From positions 396,242,001-396,306,000 of the forward strand of contig OZ024740.1 in the NCBI GenBank assembly GCA_964016885.1: a stretch of DNA of 64,000 nt. Direction: 5' to 3'. Position numbers and translations under genes: made by a program. This stretch comes from Eledone cirrhosa (taxonomy: Eukaryota). Under the pieces are notes generated by a model, which was given only the letters and a program-made list of their open reading frames with translations, did no database searches and was not told the DNA's origin. The first letter of the stretch is position 1, and the number at the start of each line of letters is the position of its first letter. Of the stretch, positions 13,520 through 23,420 are shown piece after piece.

Positions 13520-14600
13520 ACAGCTCAGTGCAGAAAAGAAGTAAGCAGAAATTCCATCCTATGTCCCAAAAGCAGATTATGGATACACAAGAGATGTAGT
13601 AGGATCTCATGTTTTACATGTGGCCAGTGCACAGGGGCAATAAGTAGCAAGACCTCTCAGGATACAAACTCCTTCAAATGCCCAGAGGGCTCTGTAGAAG
13701 TAGTAGATAGTTTCTGTTACCTGGGTGACCAAATTAGCAGTGGGGGATGGTGTTCCAGAAGCACAATAGCCAGAGTGAGAACAGGTTGATGAAAGTTCAG
13801 GGAGTTACTACCGCTGCTAACTACAAAAGGTTTGTCCCTCAAAATGAAAGGCAGACTGCATGATGCATGTATAAGAACAACAAATTTGCACAGTAGCGAG
13901 ACCGGGTCTTTGTGTGCAGAGGACCTGCGAAGATTAGAAATAAATGAAGCCTCCATGCTTTAATGGATGTGCAATAGTAATATACACGAACGGCAAAGCA
14001 TAAATGAACTGCATGAGAAATAAGGCACAAGAGGGATCACATGCAGTGTGCTGGAGAGGAGATTGCGTTGGTATGGACATGTTGCGTATGAAGGATGACA
14101 GCTGTATAAAAATGTGCAGAGTGCTCAAAGTTGACAGAAGCCATGGAGTGGGCAGGTCTAGGAAGACTTGGGATAAGGTGATAAAAGCTGACCTTGCACA
14201 ATTACACCTCTCTAAAGGGATCGTGATCTCTGACACAATGCAGTAATACAGAAGACCTGCCCTCCCATATGCAGGAGCTGAGGCATACATCTACTATTCA
14301 CCACCTTCCCTCCGATCACTCCTCCCTTGCTGTAATCACCCCATTGCTATATCTATCTCTCCCACTCAAGTCTCCAATCCACACCATAAAGTGGAGCCAC
14401 AACATAAAGTGTCCAGTCCATACTGTAAAGTGGTCATATACATGTCACGACAAAAAGCACCCAGTACACACTGTAAATCTGGTTGGCGTTAGGAAGGGCA
14501 TTCAGCCATATAAATCATACCAAAATCAGTTCTGTGTGAGCAAAACATTGTCCTCCGACCTGGATCTCTCACAATGAGATTGCATGTCCTACCGATGATG
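13520..14600 (+). mobile_element. Older, degenerate copy of the PHD-containing RTE family
   Basis: CRKEVSRNSILCPKSRLWIHKRCS..FTCGQC..FCYLGDQISSGG, with stops and frameshifts, followed by the 3' UTR. Confidence 0.85.
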
Positions 14601-15037
14601 ATATACTGTATACACTACTGAGTTAGCATTTAAACCAGCTGTATCCGGCCAGAACTCTCTCACCTCTTTCTGTCCAAACTGCTGTAACTGGCTGCTCATA
14701 CTGACGTTAAAGTATTGTTCTCAAAATGAATAACATCAAAATCTTGTAGATTCGATATTATGTGAGATAATTATGTAAGATAAAGCCTTTACCGTGAAAA
14801 TACAATAGTAAATATAGAGTAATGTAAATGCTAAAGGATGAAGGGTTTTAGGTGCAAACACCAACACCCTCTTGATCCTCTCTCTCTTATCCAGTGGAAC
14901 ATCCAGGATGTGACAGCCAGAAGGAGAGAAGGCTGCACCAATATTGGGTTGTTAATTTCTTTATTGACCCCAAAAGGATGAAATGCTAAGTGGACCTTGG
15001 TATGATTTTAACTCAGAACACTGAGACCCGACACTCC

Positions 15038-18000
15038 ATCATCATCATCATCATCATCAACGTTTAACGTCCGTGTTCCACGCTTGCATGGGTTTGGACG
15101 GGGGTAGTCCCACTTGAGGCAAGAGTGATTGTCTTGCTCGCATAGGACTGTCTGGCAGGTTTTCTACAGTTGGATGCCCTTCCTAACACCAACCACATTT
15201 ACAGTGTGGGTCTGGGAGGTTTTTACCGTGTTGCCTACACGGCCACATTACAGCGTGGACTGTGTGTTTTTTTGTCGTGACACCTACACGATCTCATTTG
15301 TTTCGGCCCGGATGGCGCGGCACCAACATAACTTTACATAGGACGGGGTGGTGTGGATGGGGTGGGGGTGGTGGTGGTGGGACGGGGTGTATTTTGTTAG
15401 AGATGCCTACTGGCAAGGCGGGTCTTCTCTGTTACTGAGTACCGCCAAAGGTCTCGGTCCAGTGACATTGTCTTGGAGAGGTGTAAGTGTGTGAGGTCGG
15501 AGTTTATCAGCTCGTCCCAGGTTTTTCTAGGTCTGCCTATTCCGTGGCTACCGTCTATCTTTATTGCCCTGCACTTTGTTATACAGCTATCGACTTTCAT
15601 GCGCATCACGTGTCCATACCAACGTAGCCTTCTCTCGAGTAAACAACATCTGATCCCTCTTATCTCTAATTTTTTCCTTAGTTCGTTTATGCTTTGCCGT
15701 TCACGTATATTACTGTTACACATCCAGCGGAGCATGCAAGCTTCGTTCCTCTCTAGTCTGCGTATATCCTCTGCACACAATGCCCAGGTCTCACTGCCAT
15801 GCAACATTGCTGTTCGTATGCAGGCATCGTACAACCTGCCTTTCATTTTTAGGGAGAACCCTTTAGCAGCTAATAGTGGTATAAGCTCTCTGAACTTTTT
15901 CCAACCAGTTCTGACTCTAGCTACAGTACTTTCAGAGCACCCTCCCCCACTGCTGATTTTATCGCCCAGGTAACGGAAGCTGTCCACTATTTCTATAGAA
16001 CCCTCTGCGCAATTGAAAGAGCTAGTATTGTGTGGGCACTTGCTGCTACTTATTGCACCAGAACACCGGCCACATGTAAAATCTATGTTCTTAGTTAGCT
16101 TACCTGTGATCCCACTACATCTTTTATGCACCCATACTTTGCATTTAGGACACAAAATGGAGTTTCTACCTACGCCTTTCCTACACACCGAGCACGACCA
16201 TTTCCCAGAAGGGACCGCCGCCTTGTTTTCTTTCCTACAAACTAGAACTTTGGTCTTAGCCAGGTTAATTTTAAGTCCTTTTGACTCTAGGCCGTGCTTC
16301 CATGTTTGGAATTTCTTCTCTAGCTCGGCCATTGATTCCGCTATGAGTGTCAGGTCGTCTGCGTATAGGAGTTCCCATGGGCAGCCTGTCTTGAACTCCT
16401 CTGTTATAGCCTGAAGGGCAATAATAAATAGTAGGGGGCTGAGAACAGAGCCCTGATGGACGCCAACTTTTACGCTAAACTCTTCACTATATTCGTTGTT
16501 AATTCTAACCTTGCTGACTGTTTCTTTATACATGGCTTGTATAGCCCTCACAAGCCATTCGTCAACGCCTAGTTTTCTAAGAGCCCACCAGATAATGGAG
16601 CGGGGGACTCTGTCGAAGGCTTTCTCCAAGTCGACAAAAGCTAAGTAGAGGGGTTTACCTTTAGCTAGGTACTTCTCCTGTAGTTGTCGTACTATGAAAA
16701 GAGCGTCTGTGGTACTTTTGCCTGACACAAACCCGAACTGCATTTCATCTAGGTCAATTCTCTCTCTGATTAGTTGCGCTATTACTTTTTCTGTGACCTT
16801 CATGACCTGGTCGATTAATTTAATGCCTCTATAGTTACTCCTATCTAGGGCGTCTCCTTTACCCTTATAACAGTTAACGATGATGCTGCTATGCCAGTCC
16901 TTCGGAACAACCCCATTCTGTACGACTTGGTTAACTATGCGGGTGACCATGGTGTGTCCCACCGTGCCAGATGCCTTCAGCATCTCAGCAACTATTTCCG
17001 AAGGCCCAGCCGCCTTACCTGTCTTCATATCCTTGATTGCCTTACTTATTATACTCCCCTCGACTAACACTGCTGGTCCCTCTATTGGGTCGACATGGGG
17101 GAGACTGTCTTTCTCCCATTTATTCTCCTCATTTAGTAGCCTTTCATAGTGACACTTCCAAGCTGCCTTCTTATCAGTGTCGGTGATGGCAAGTATGCCA
17201 TCATCGTTAAGTACACACTTCTCCCCGACAATATCACGGTTTTCCTTGACGCATTGCCTAGCAATCCTGAACACCTCACGTTTTTGGTCATCGCGTTGTA
17301 GGACATGCTTGAACTTTCTTTCCTCAGCTTCCCTTCTTGCTAAGTACACTTCTCTCCTAGCTTCCCTCCTGGCCACTTGATAGTCTACTCTACTTCCCCC
17401 ATCCCGCCATACTTTCCAAGCCTGCTTTTTGGCCTTAATTGACTCCTCCACCTTACTGTTCCACCACCATGTTACTCTCCTCCTGCCTACAGGCCTGCTC
17501 CAGCCACAGACTTCGTCTGTGGCCAACAGCAGGTTTGCTTTCAGAAATTCCCACTCTCCCTCTATATTGTCCGACTCTAAGTGTTCTTCCTTACTGTCGA
17601 AAGCATCAAGTAATATGTTTTGAAATTTATTTTTGGCTGTGGGGTCCTTTAGCTTCCATATTTTTCTCCTGAGGATAGTCCTCTTCTGCTGTCGAGTACG
17701 TCTCGACCTGACTATGAGGTCGCTAATTATCAGTCTATGTTGGGAGGTGCATTCTTCATGGGGGAGGGATTTAGTGTTTACAACAGACACTCTGTCACGT
17801 CTTCTGGTAAGGATATAATCTACCTGGCTTGTGTGTTCCCCGGATCTATAGGTGATCAGGTGATTGTCACGTTTTTTGAAGTTAGTGTTACAGATAGTTA
17901 GGTTATTTGCATCACAGAATTCCAGGATTCTGGAGCCTTCCTCATTTCTAGTACCAAACCCATAGCCTCCATGGATTTCGTCGTAGCCGTCACAATGTTG

Positions 18001-18533
18001 CCCAACGTGACCATTTAGGTCGCCTGCAATAATTATATAGTCACTGTCAGATATTTGGGAGGTAGTGAGCATCAGTGTCTCATAGAATCTGTCTTTTATA
18101 GTGCCGGGCAGTCCGGATTGGGGTGCATACGCAGATATTACTGTCACCGTAGTTCTATTGAGGACAAGTCGTATTTTAATTATTCTGTCGTTCACTCTAT
18201 TTACGTCTATTATCTTATCCGCCCACTTTTCTGCTACCATGATTCCTACTCCACCCAGCCCATCGTCGTTTCCCACCCAGAAAAGCTTATAACATCGTTT
18301 TTTACCCTCAATGAATCTAGCAGACCCACCCCTCCACCTGGTCTCTTGAATACAACAAACATCGACCTCCTTACGTTCAAGCATTTCTACAACCTCGTTA
18401 GCGCGCCCCTTTAGGGTGCCTACATTTATGGTACCAACTCTGAAGTTTTGGATCGCGTTTGGAGGGTGGGGGTGGTGTGGGGCGGGGGGAGATGGGGTTA
18501 TGTTAGCCATCCGCGGGCGAAACAAAGAAGAGT
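15038..18533 (-). mobile_element. RTE-clade non-LTR retrotransposon, near full length, in the last intron of MND1
   Basis: Single long ORF, 3' UTR and (GAT)n tail at 15038-15058. Similarity to the second long copy ends near 18533. Confidence 0.95.
15397..18510 (-). CDS. RTE ORF: APE endonuclease + reverse transcriptase with embedded PHD-type zinc finger
   Basis: EN motifs: NVGTL, IQETRW, SAYAPQ, GDLNGHVG, SQVDYIL, SQHRL. RT motifs: NYRGIKL, QFGF, FVDLEKAFDRV, GVHQGSVLSPLLF, LYADDL, FRYLG. RTE C-terminal GRPRKTW. The first ATG is at 18510; the ORF track start at 18567 is TTG. Confidence 0.95.
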   Translation of the reverse strand: MANITPSPPAPHHPHPPNAIQNFRVGTINVGTLKGRANEVVEMLERKEVDVCCIQETRWRGGSARFIEGKKRCYKLFWVGNDDGLGGVGIMVAEKWADKIIDVNRVNDRIIKIRLVLNRTTVTVISAYAPQSGLPGTIKDRFYETLMLTTSQISDSDYIIIAGDLNGHVGQHCDGYDEIHGGYGFGTRNEEGSRILEFCDANNLTICNTNFKKRDNHLITYRSGEHTSQVDYILTRRRDRVSVVNTKSLPHEECTSQHRLIISDLIVRSRRTRQQKRTILRRKIWKLKDPTAKNKFQNILLDAFDSKEEHLESDNIEGEWEFLKANLLLATDEVCGWSRPVGRRRVTWWWNSKVEESIKAKKQAWKVWRDGGSRVDYQVARREARREVYLARREAEERKFKHVLQRDDQKREVFRIARQCVKENRDIVGEKCVLNDDGILAITDTDKKAAWKCHYERLLNEENKWEKDSLPHVDPIEGPAVLVEGSIISKAIKDMKTGKAAGPSEIVAEMLKASGTVGHTMVTRIVNQVVQNGVVPKDWHSSIIVNCYKGKGDALDRSNYRGIKLIDQVMKVTEKVIAQLIRERIDLDEMQFGFVSGKSTTDALFIVRQLQEKYLAKGKPLYLAFVDLEKAFDRVPRSIIWWALRKLGVDEWLVRAIQAMYKETVSKVRINNEYSEEFSVKVGVHQGSVLSPLLFIIALQAITEEFKTGCPWELLYADDLTLIAESMAELEKKFQTWKHGLESKGLKINLAKTKVLVCRKENKAAVPSGKWSCSVCRKGVGRNSILCPKCKVWVHKRCSGITGKLTKNIDFTCGRCSGAISSSKCPHNTSSFNCAEGSIEIVDSFRYLGDKISSGGGCSESTVARVRTGWKKFRELIPLLAAKGFSLKMKGRLYDACIRTAMLHGSETWALCAEDIRRLERNEACMLRWMCNSNIRERQSINELRKKLEIRGIRCCLLERRLRWYGHVMRMKVDSCITKCRAIKIDGSHGIGRPRKTWDELINSDLTHLHLSKTMSLDRDLWRYSVTEKTRLASRHL

Positions 18534-18756
18534 GCTCGCATTCTCGTGTGACTCCAATGACTGCCAAATCAACTGAAAGATAGAGATAGTTGAAATATTA
18601 ACCCAAGTTTCTTTTCACTTTTATTGAGTTCTCTGCTAATCACTTTGTATCAAATAAATAAATAAATCATGAGGTATTTATTCCTACCATTACTACACGT
18701 GTGTATGTGCCTAAATACATATTTTTATATAACCTTTTGGGGTTTTTTTTTTTCAG

Positions 18757-18860
18757 ATAATATATTTTCAACAAAATCTTGGATTAAAAGAAAGTTTGCA
18801 TTTGAAGAAAGCATAATTGACAAACAATTTGGCATTCCAGAAGATTTTGATTATATTTGA
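18757..18860 (+). CDS. MND1: MND1 last coding exon ([14 protein letters not shown]...[14 protein letters not shown])
   Basis: Poly-T tract and tttcAG acceptor; phase completes G|AT=Asp. C-terminus [10 protein letters not shown]; AATAAA at 18909. The spliced product is about 204 aa. Confidence 0.95.
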
Positions 18861-19896
18861 TAAGCATTTATAAAATATTTAATGATTTTGATTATTTGGT
18901 TTTGGTTAAATAAATTTTTTTTTTTAAATAATAACCTTTTGCATTGTTCCATTTTTTTTTCTGATTACATTTTTTTTTCCATTACTTGCTTCAGGAAATA
19001 TAGTGACAAGCCAACAAAGGAAGCTTGCTTGAGTTGCTAGAAATAGTAACCTAATCTCCCAAAATAGAGTGATGGATATAAGAAGGCTATCTAGTTATAA
19101 AATTCATCATTATTATCACCATCGCTTAATGTCTATTTTTCAAAATTATCAACAAAAAATATTCTGGGTATTAGGAAGACCAGTAAGTAGAATAACATGT
19201 CAGATCTGTTCAAAGAACAAGAATATGAAGTTTTTATCTTTCCTTTGACATAAAGGTTTCTTTAACTGAATATTTTCAATTTAGTCTATTATCTTAGCCT
19301 GTAAACACAAAGGACAACTAGAACTATATTTTGAATATCAACTAGGGTATGATTTGTTTGCCTTCACTTCTCTGGCATAAGATTGTTAAAAAAACAAAAT
19401 AACCTAAAGGGTACTTCACTGCTGTATTTATGTGAGATGTCATTTTGTATCTTATCTATAGAGGATGGTGAGAGTCCCAGGAGTAATACTTGTAAACAAC
19501 TTCATATTTATGAATATTTCATTCATATTTTATTTAGATCAACTCTGATTCATTATTTTGAGAGTGATAAAATGATTACCAGGCTAATTAGATAGAAGCT
19601 GAATGTTAGATGTAGCCATTCAAAGGTTCATGCATCCACTTCCAATCCTACATGAACAGTGTCTAGAAGGCAAAGGTGACCCTCACCAACTCAAAACAAA
19701 AGAAACTACGGTAAGTTCCTATTCTATATTACTTCTTGGTTCAGATAAGAAAATAAATGTTTAAATAAATATCAAATATGAAATAATTTATCTTAGATAA
19801 AAACAAATTTATAATTTAGATATATTTATGTTAATCTCTGTATATAGCAGGGTGAATGTTTTCTATATTTCTGTGCACTTACTAAATGAAATAAGT

Positions 19897-20504
19897 TTAT
19901 GTATTTGATAATATACTGGAATTGAGCTTATCAGCTGTGATAATGTTCAGTACCGATATGTGATGAAAACTTGGTGATGAAGTTGAAGACACTACTTGCT
20001 GTTGATTACAATGTTCAGAACTATTCTGGCCTTGATCAGATGATAATATTTGAAAGAGTTCATTATCTTGTGACTGTGATTCTACTGTCTGTTCAATAGC
20101 TTGATCAGAATAATCTAGCAGAGAAAGCTGTTGAGGAAGGGAATCAGGCAGTTGAAAACTGCCCTCATTAGAGGATAGTTCATTGCTCACAGTTTTCAAT
20201 AATTGAAGTCCTTGGTCAGGCTGATAACTAAATTTTGCAGCTAGTTCCCATTTGTGTACATTACGTGTGTGTTGATTGCGTTTGTCAGAACGTGTGAATG
20301 CCCGCTGACAATATTCACACACATAAGGTTTCTCACCTGTATGTGTGCGAATGTGTATATTCAGTTTATCTGAATCTGCAAAGCCTTTGTTACAATATGC
20401 ACATTTATAGGGTCGTTCACCAGTGTGAGATCTCATATGAATAGTCCGTTTGTTGGATTTTGAAAATGTACGATCACAGTAATCACATTTGTATGGTTTT
20501 ATAC
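19897..20504 (-). CDS. C2H2 zinc-finger gene, last exon (3 fingers + S/Q-rich tail)
   Basis: ttttttcatacAG acceptor. Reads (G)IKPYKCDYC..HMRSHTGERPYKCAYC..HIRTHTGEKPYVCEYC..HTRNVH. Confidence 0.9.
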
Positions 20505-21788
20505 CTGTATGAAAAAAAGAAAAAGCCTTTTAATCATTATCACAACCTTGAGTAAAATATTCAAATATAAATGGAATAGAAAAATATCAATGATTGAGTC
20601 ATAGATGTTCAATGAAAGACTTTGATACTTAATATATATAAAAACAAAAGTAAATATAAAGAATGGCAGTTTTTCTCTGTTGCTGTGTATCAAATAATAA
20701 AGAACCTTGCTAAGTGAAGTGATGCTGTGAGACCAGTCCAATACATGCCTACATGATAAAACAGATGTAAAATGATGATAACATGTATTTTAAATAGCTA
20801 TCGTGATGCAATTATTTCAGTTTCAATACATTGTTTTAAATCACATTTATTGCCAAACTCCAAATTAATATTTTTGTTTAAAATGATAAGTTAGCTCTCA
20901 GAAGAGCTTTGTGTAATGCATGAACCTGTAACTCCTGATCATGTCATAGGGGCACTATAGTGGACACATGAAACCTGGTAGAGCCCATCCCTCTCCATGT
21001 CTGAATTCAGCCAATTCTTCCAACAAAGAGAGAGAGATGACAAGGTGATATAGAGGAGGAATTGACTCCTCTACTGAGTTACTACTTTTTTATCAACCTC
21101 AAAAAGGATGAAAGGCAAAGTTGACCTTGAGATTTGAACACAGATAGCTGGAACAAATACCACAAGGCCTTTAATGTGTAGATTTCTTGACTCTATCACT
21201 TCACTGCTTCATTACTTAGAATATATAAGATTAAAACTATACAAATAACTTCTATTTAATTGACTTTTTCTTGCTACTCTAGGTCTTGAATAATCTTCCC
21301 CTGCTCGCTTATTAATTTTTTTCACACACACCCCCGTTCATTATACATGACAAAAAAAGTACATTACAAGAAATCCCATACATTATAAAATAAATAAGAT
21401 GAGTCAGGGTCTAAATATGTAAACTAAATGATTAATTCTGGTTTTTTAAAAAATCAATGGAGACAACCAAGAAAAATTACCGATTTTCCAACCCTCCCCA
21501 CTTATTCCCCTCCCCCCATTATATGGGACCCGAGAGTACTTATTCAACTCACTTTAGATTTGTCTGTGCTGCAAATTAACATTACACACTCAATAGATCA
21601 TACTTAATTTCTGCCATAACTTATGAGTAAAGTTTTACAAACCCATTTGATGTGGCATGTCAAAGTAATTGTTGAACTATAAATGAAGATGATACATAAA
21701 TATTTAGAAAGTGTTGTGAAATAGTTTACGATTATTTTATTTAAAAAAACAACTTTTTCTGTTAAATTAGAATGCAGTTGTTACACAC

Positions 21789-22211
21789 CTGTATGAACTT
21801 TGAAATGTTTAGCTAATTGATTAGCATCAGCATAAGACCTGTAACATAGTCCACACCTGTGAGGCTTGTCAGTCAGGTGAACTCCTTCATGATGTTTGGC
21901 ACTGGCAGCTGTTGTAAATGTTCAGTGCAAAAATCACATTTATACAACTTTTCATCAGTATGTGTCAACATGTGAATGGTAAGACATGCTGGTTCTGAAA
22001 ATGCCAGATAACAGAAGGAACACTGCAATGATTTTTTCCGTAATTCTTCATTGTCAATATGTTTGCTAAACTTCAAAGGTGACAAGAAAGACTTGTCGCA
22101 GTAAACAGATTTATAGGATTGTTTATCATTATGCAGTTCACTGTGTTCTTCTAGCATGGTGTACTGTGAAAAACTTTCATTGCATACCTCACATGAAAAA
22201 ATTTTACTCAT
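21789..22211 (-). CDS. C2H2 zinc-finger gene, upstream exon (5 fingers, one degenerate, one frameshifted); gene or pseudogene
   Basis: Fingers CEVC, (SVYC), CSFC, CDFC. After a 1-nt shift near 21922 it reads TFTTAASAKHHEGVHLTDKPHRCGLCYRSYADANQLAKHFKVHT, then the donor ACAG|GTgtgt. A likely acceptor lies at 22342. Confidence 0.8.
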
Positions 22212-23084
22212 AGCTGACTCTACTGATATTGAAACTGGAGGAATACTTTCCAGTTAATATGAGAAATCCAGGTTCTAATTTTAAGATTTTGTTGTTCAAT
22301 GTTTTCTTCCATTGACAATCATGAGAACCAAAAACATACTCCTATAAAAGAATATAAACTTAACTTTAGATAAACATATTACATTTTCAAATTCATAGAC
22401 TCTTCTAGAGGAGTTTTAATGATTAATGCAAAGGTAACATTTTGATAAACACACGCATACATATATATATATATATATATATTTAATGTCCATTTCCATG
22501 CTAGCATGGGTTAGATGGGTTGTCCCATAATGAGACAAGTCAGATCAGGTGACTGTGTCTTACTTATACAGAACTGTTTCTAGCTTGGTTTCTATGGCTG
22601 GATGCCCTTCCTAATGCCAACCATTTGACACCAAAACAACCACTTTACATATGGACTGGGATCTTTTTATCATTGCACCAAAATGACTTTACAGAGTGGG
22701 CGAGGCACTTTTTGTCATGGCACTAAAATGACCACCTTGCAGGGAGGGCTAGGGGCTCTTTTGCCATAGCACCATCATGATCACCTTACATAGTGGACTA
22801 GGGCTTTTGTTGAGTCGCCCACATGCCCACCTTTCCATACTTGTATACATGGGTTGGTCATGAGAGGTGCTTCAGATGTGAAAAGTGGGGGTTGGGGTGT
22901 GTGCATGTAGAGTGAGGATTGAGAAGGTAGGTCTAGAGTGTGGTACTTAGCTGATGAAAGGTGGAGTGTTAAGACGTGGGTGAAAGGTGGTGTGTTAAGA
23001 TGTGGGAGGTATATGGAAGGGGGAGAAGTAGTGCATACTAGAGACCACTAGATATTACGTCATCCTATGACATGGAAACGTGGA

Positions 23085-23420
23085 TCTTCTGCAATACTGC
23101 ATAACACCAGAGATCTCGATCCTATGCCATCACCTTTGAGAAGTGCAATTGTGTGTGGTCAGCTTTTATCACCTCATCCCAAGCTTTCCTAGGTCTTCCT
23201 CTTCCATAGCCCCCTTTAACTTTGAGCACCTTGCACCTTTTTATACAGCTGGCATCCTTTGTATGTATCACAAGTCCATACCACCGCAATCTCCTCTCCT
23301 GCACACTGCATCTGATCCCTCTTATACCCAGTTTCTCTCTCAGTTCATTTATGCTTTGCCATTCATGTATATTACTATTACACAACCATTGGAGCATGCA
23401 CACTTCATTTCTTTCCAATA
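23085..23420 (-). mobile_element. Degenerate RTE ORF C-terminal fragment
   Basis: ERNEVCMLQWLCN...ERRLRWYG...GRGRPRKAWDE. Similar fragments lie at about 11540-11880 (-) and 33700-33900 (+). Confidence 0.8.

Noticed and set aside
15473-18414. Plus-strand ORFs (up to 166 aa) overlapping the LINE and repeated in other copies
   Set aside because: They are antisense shadows of the LINE ORF; recurrence only reflects copy identity.
18511-18567. N-terminal extension MAVIGVTRECEH of the 1056-aa ORF
   Set aside because: It starts at TTG, and the part beyond about 18533 is not shared with the second long copy, so it is probably flanking SINE-derived DNA.
22630-22810. Short degenerate repeats with variable spacers, superficially CRISPR-like
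   Set aside because: These are internal subrepeats of an RTE-type 3' UTR in a eukaryotic genome. The repeats are not identical and no cas genes are present.
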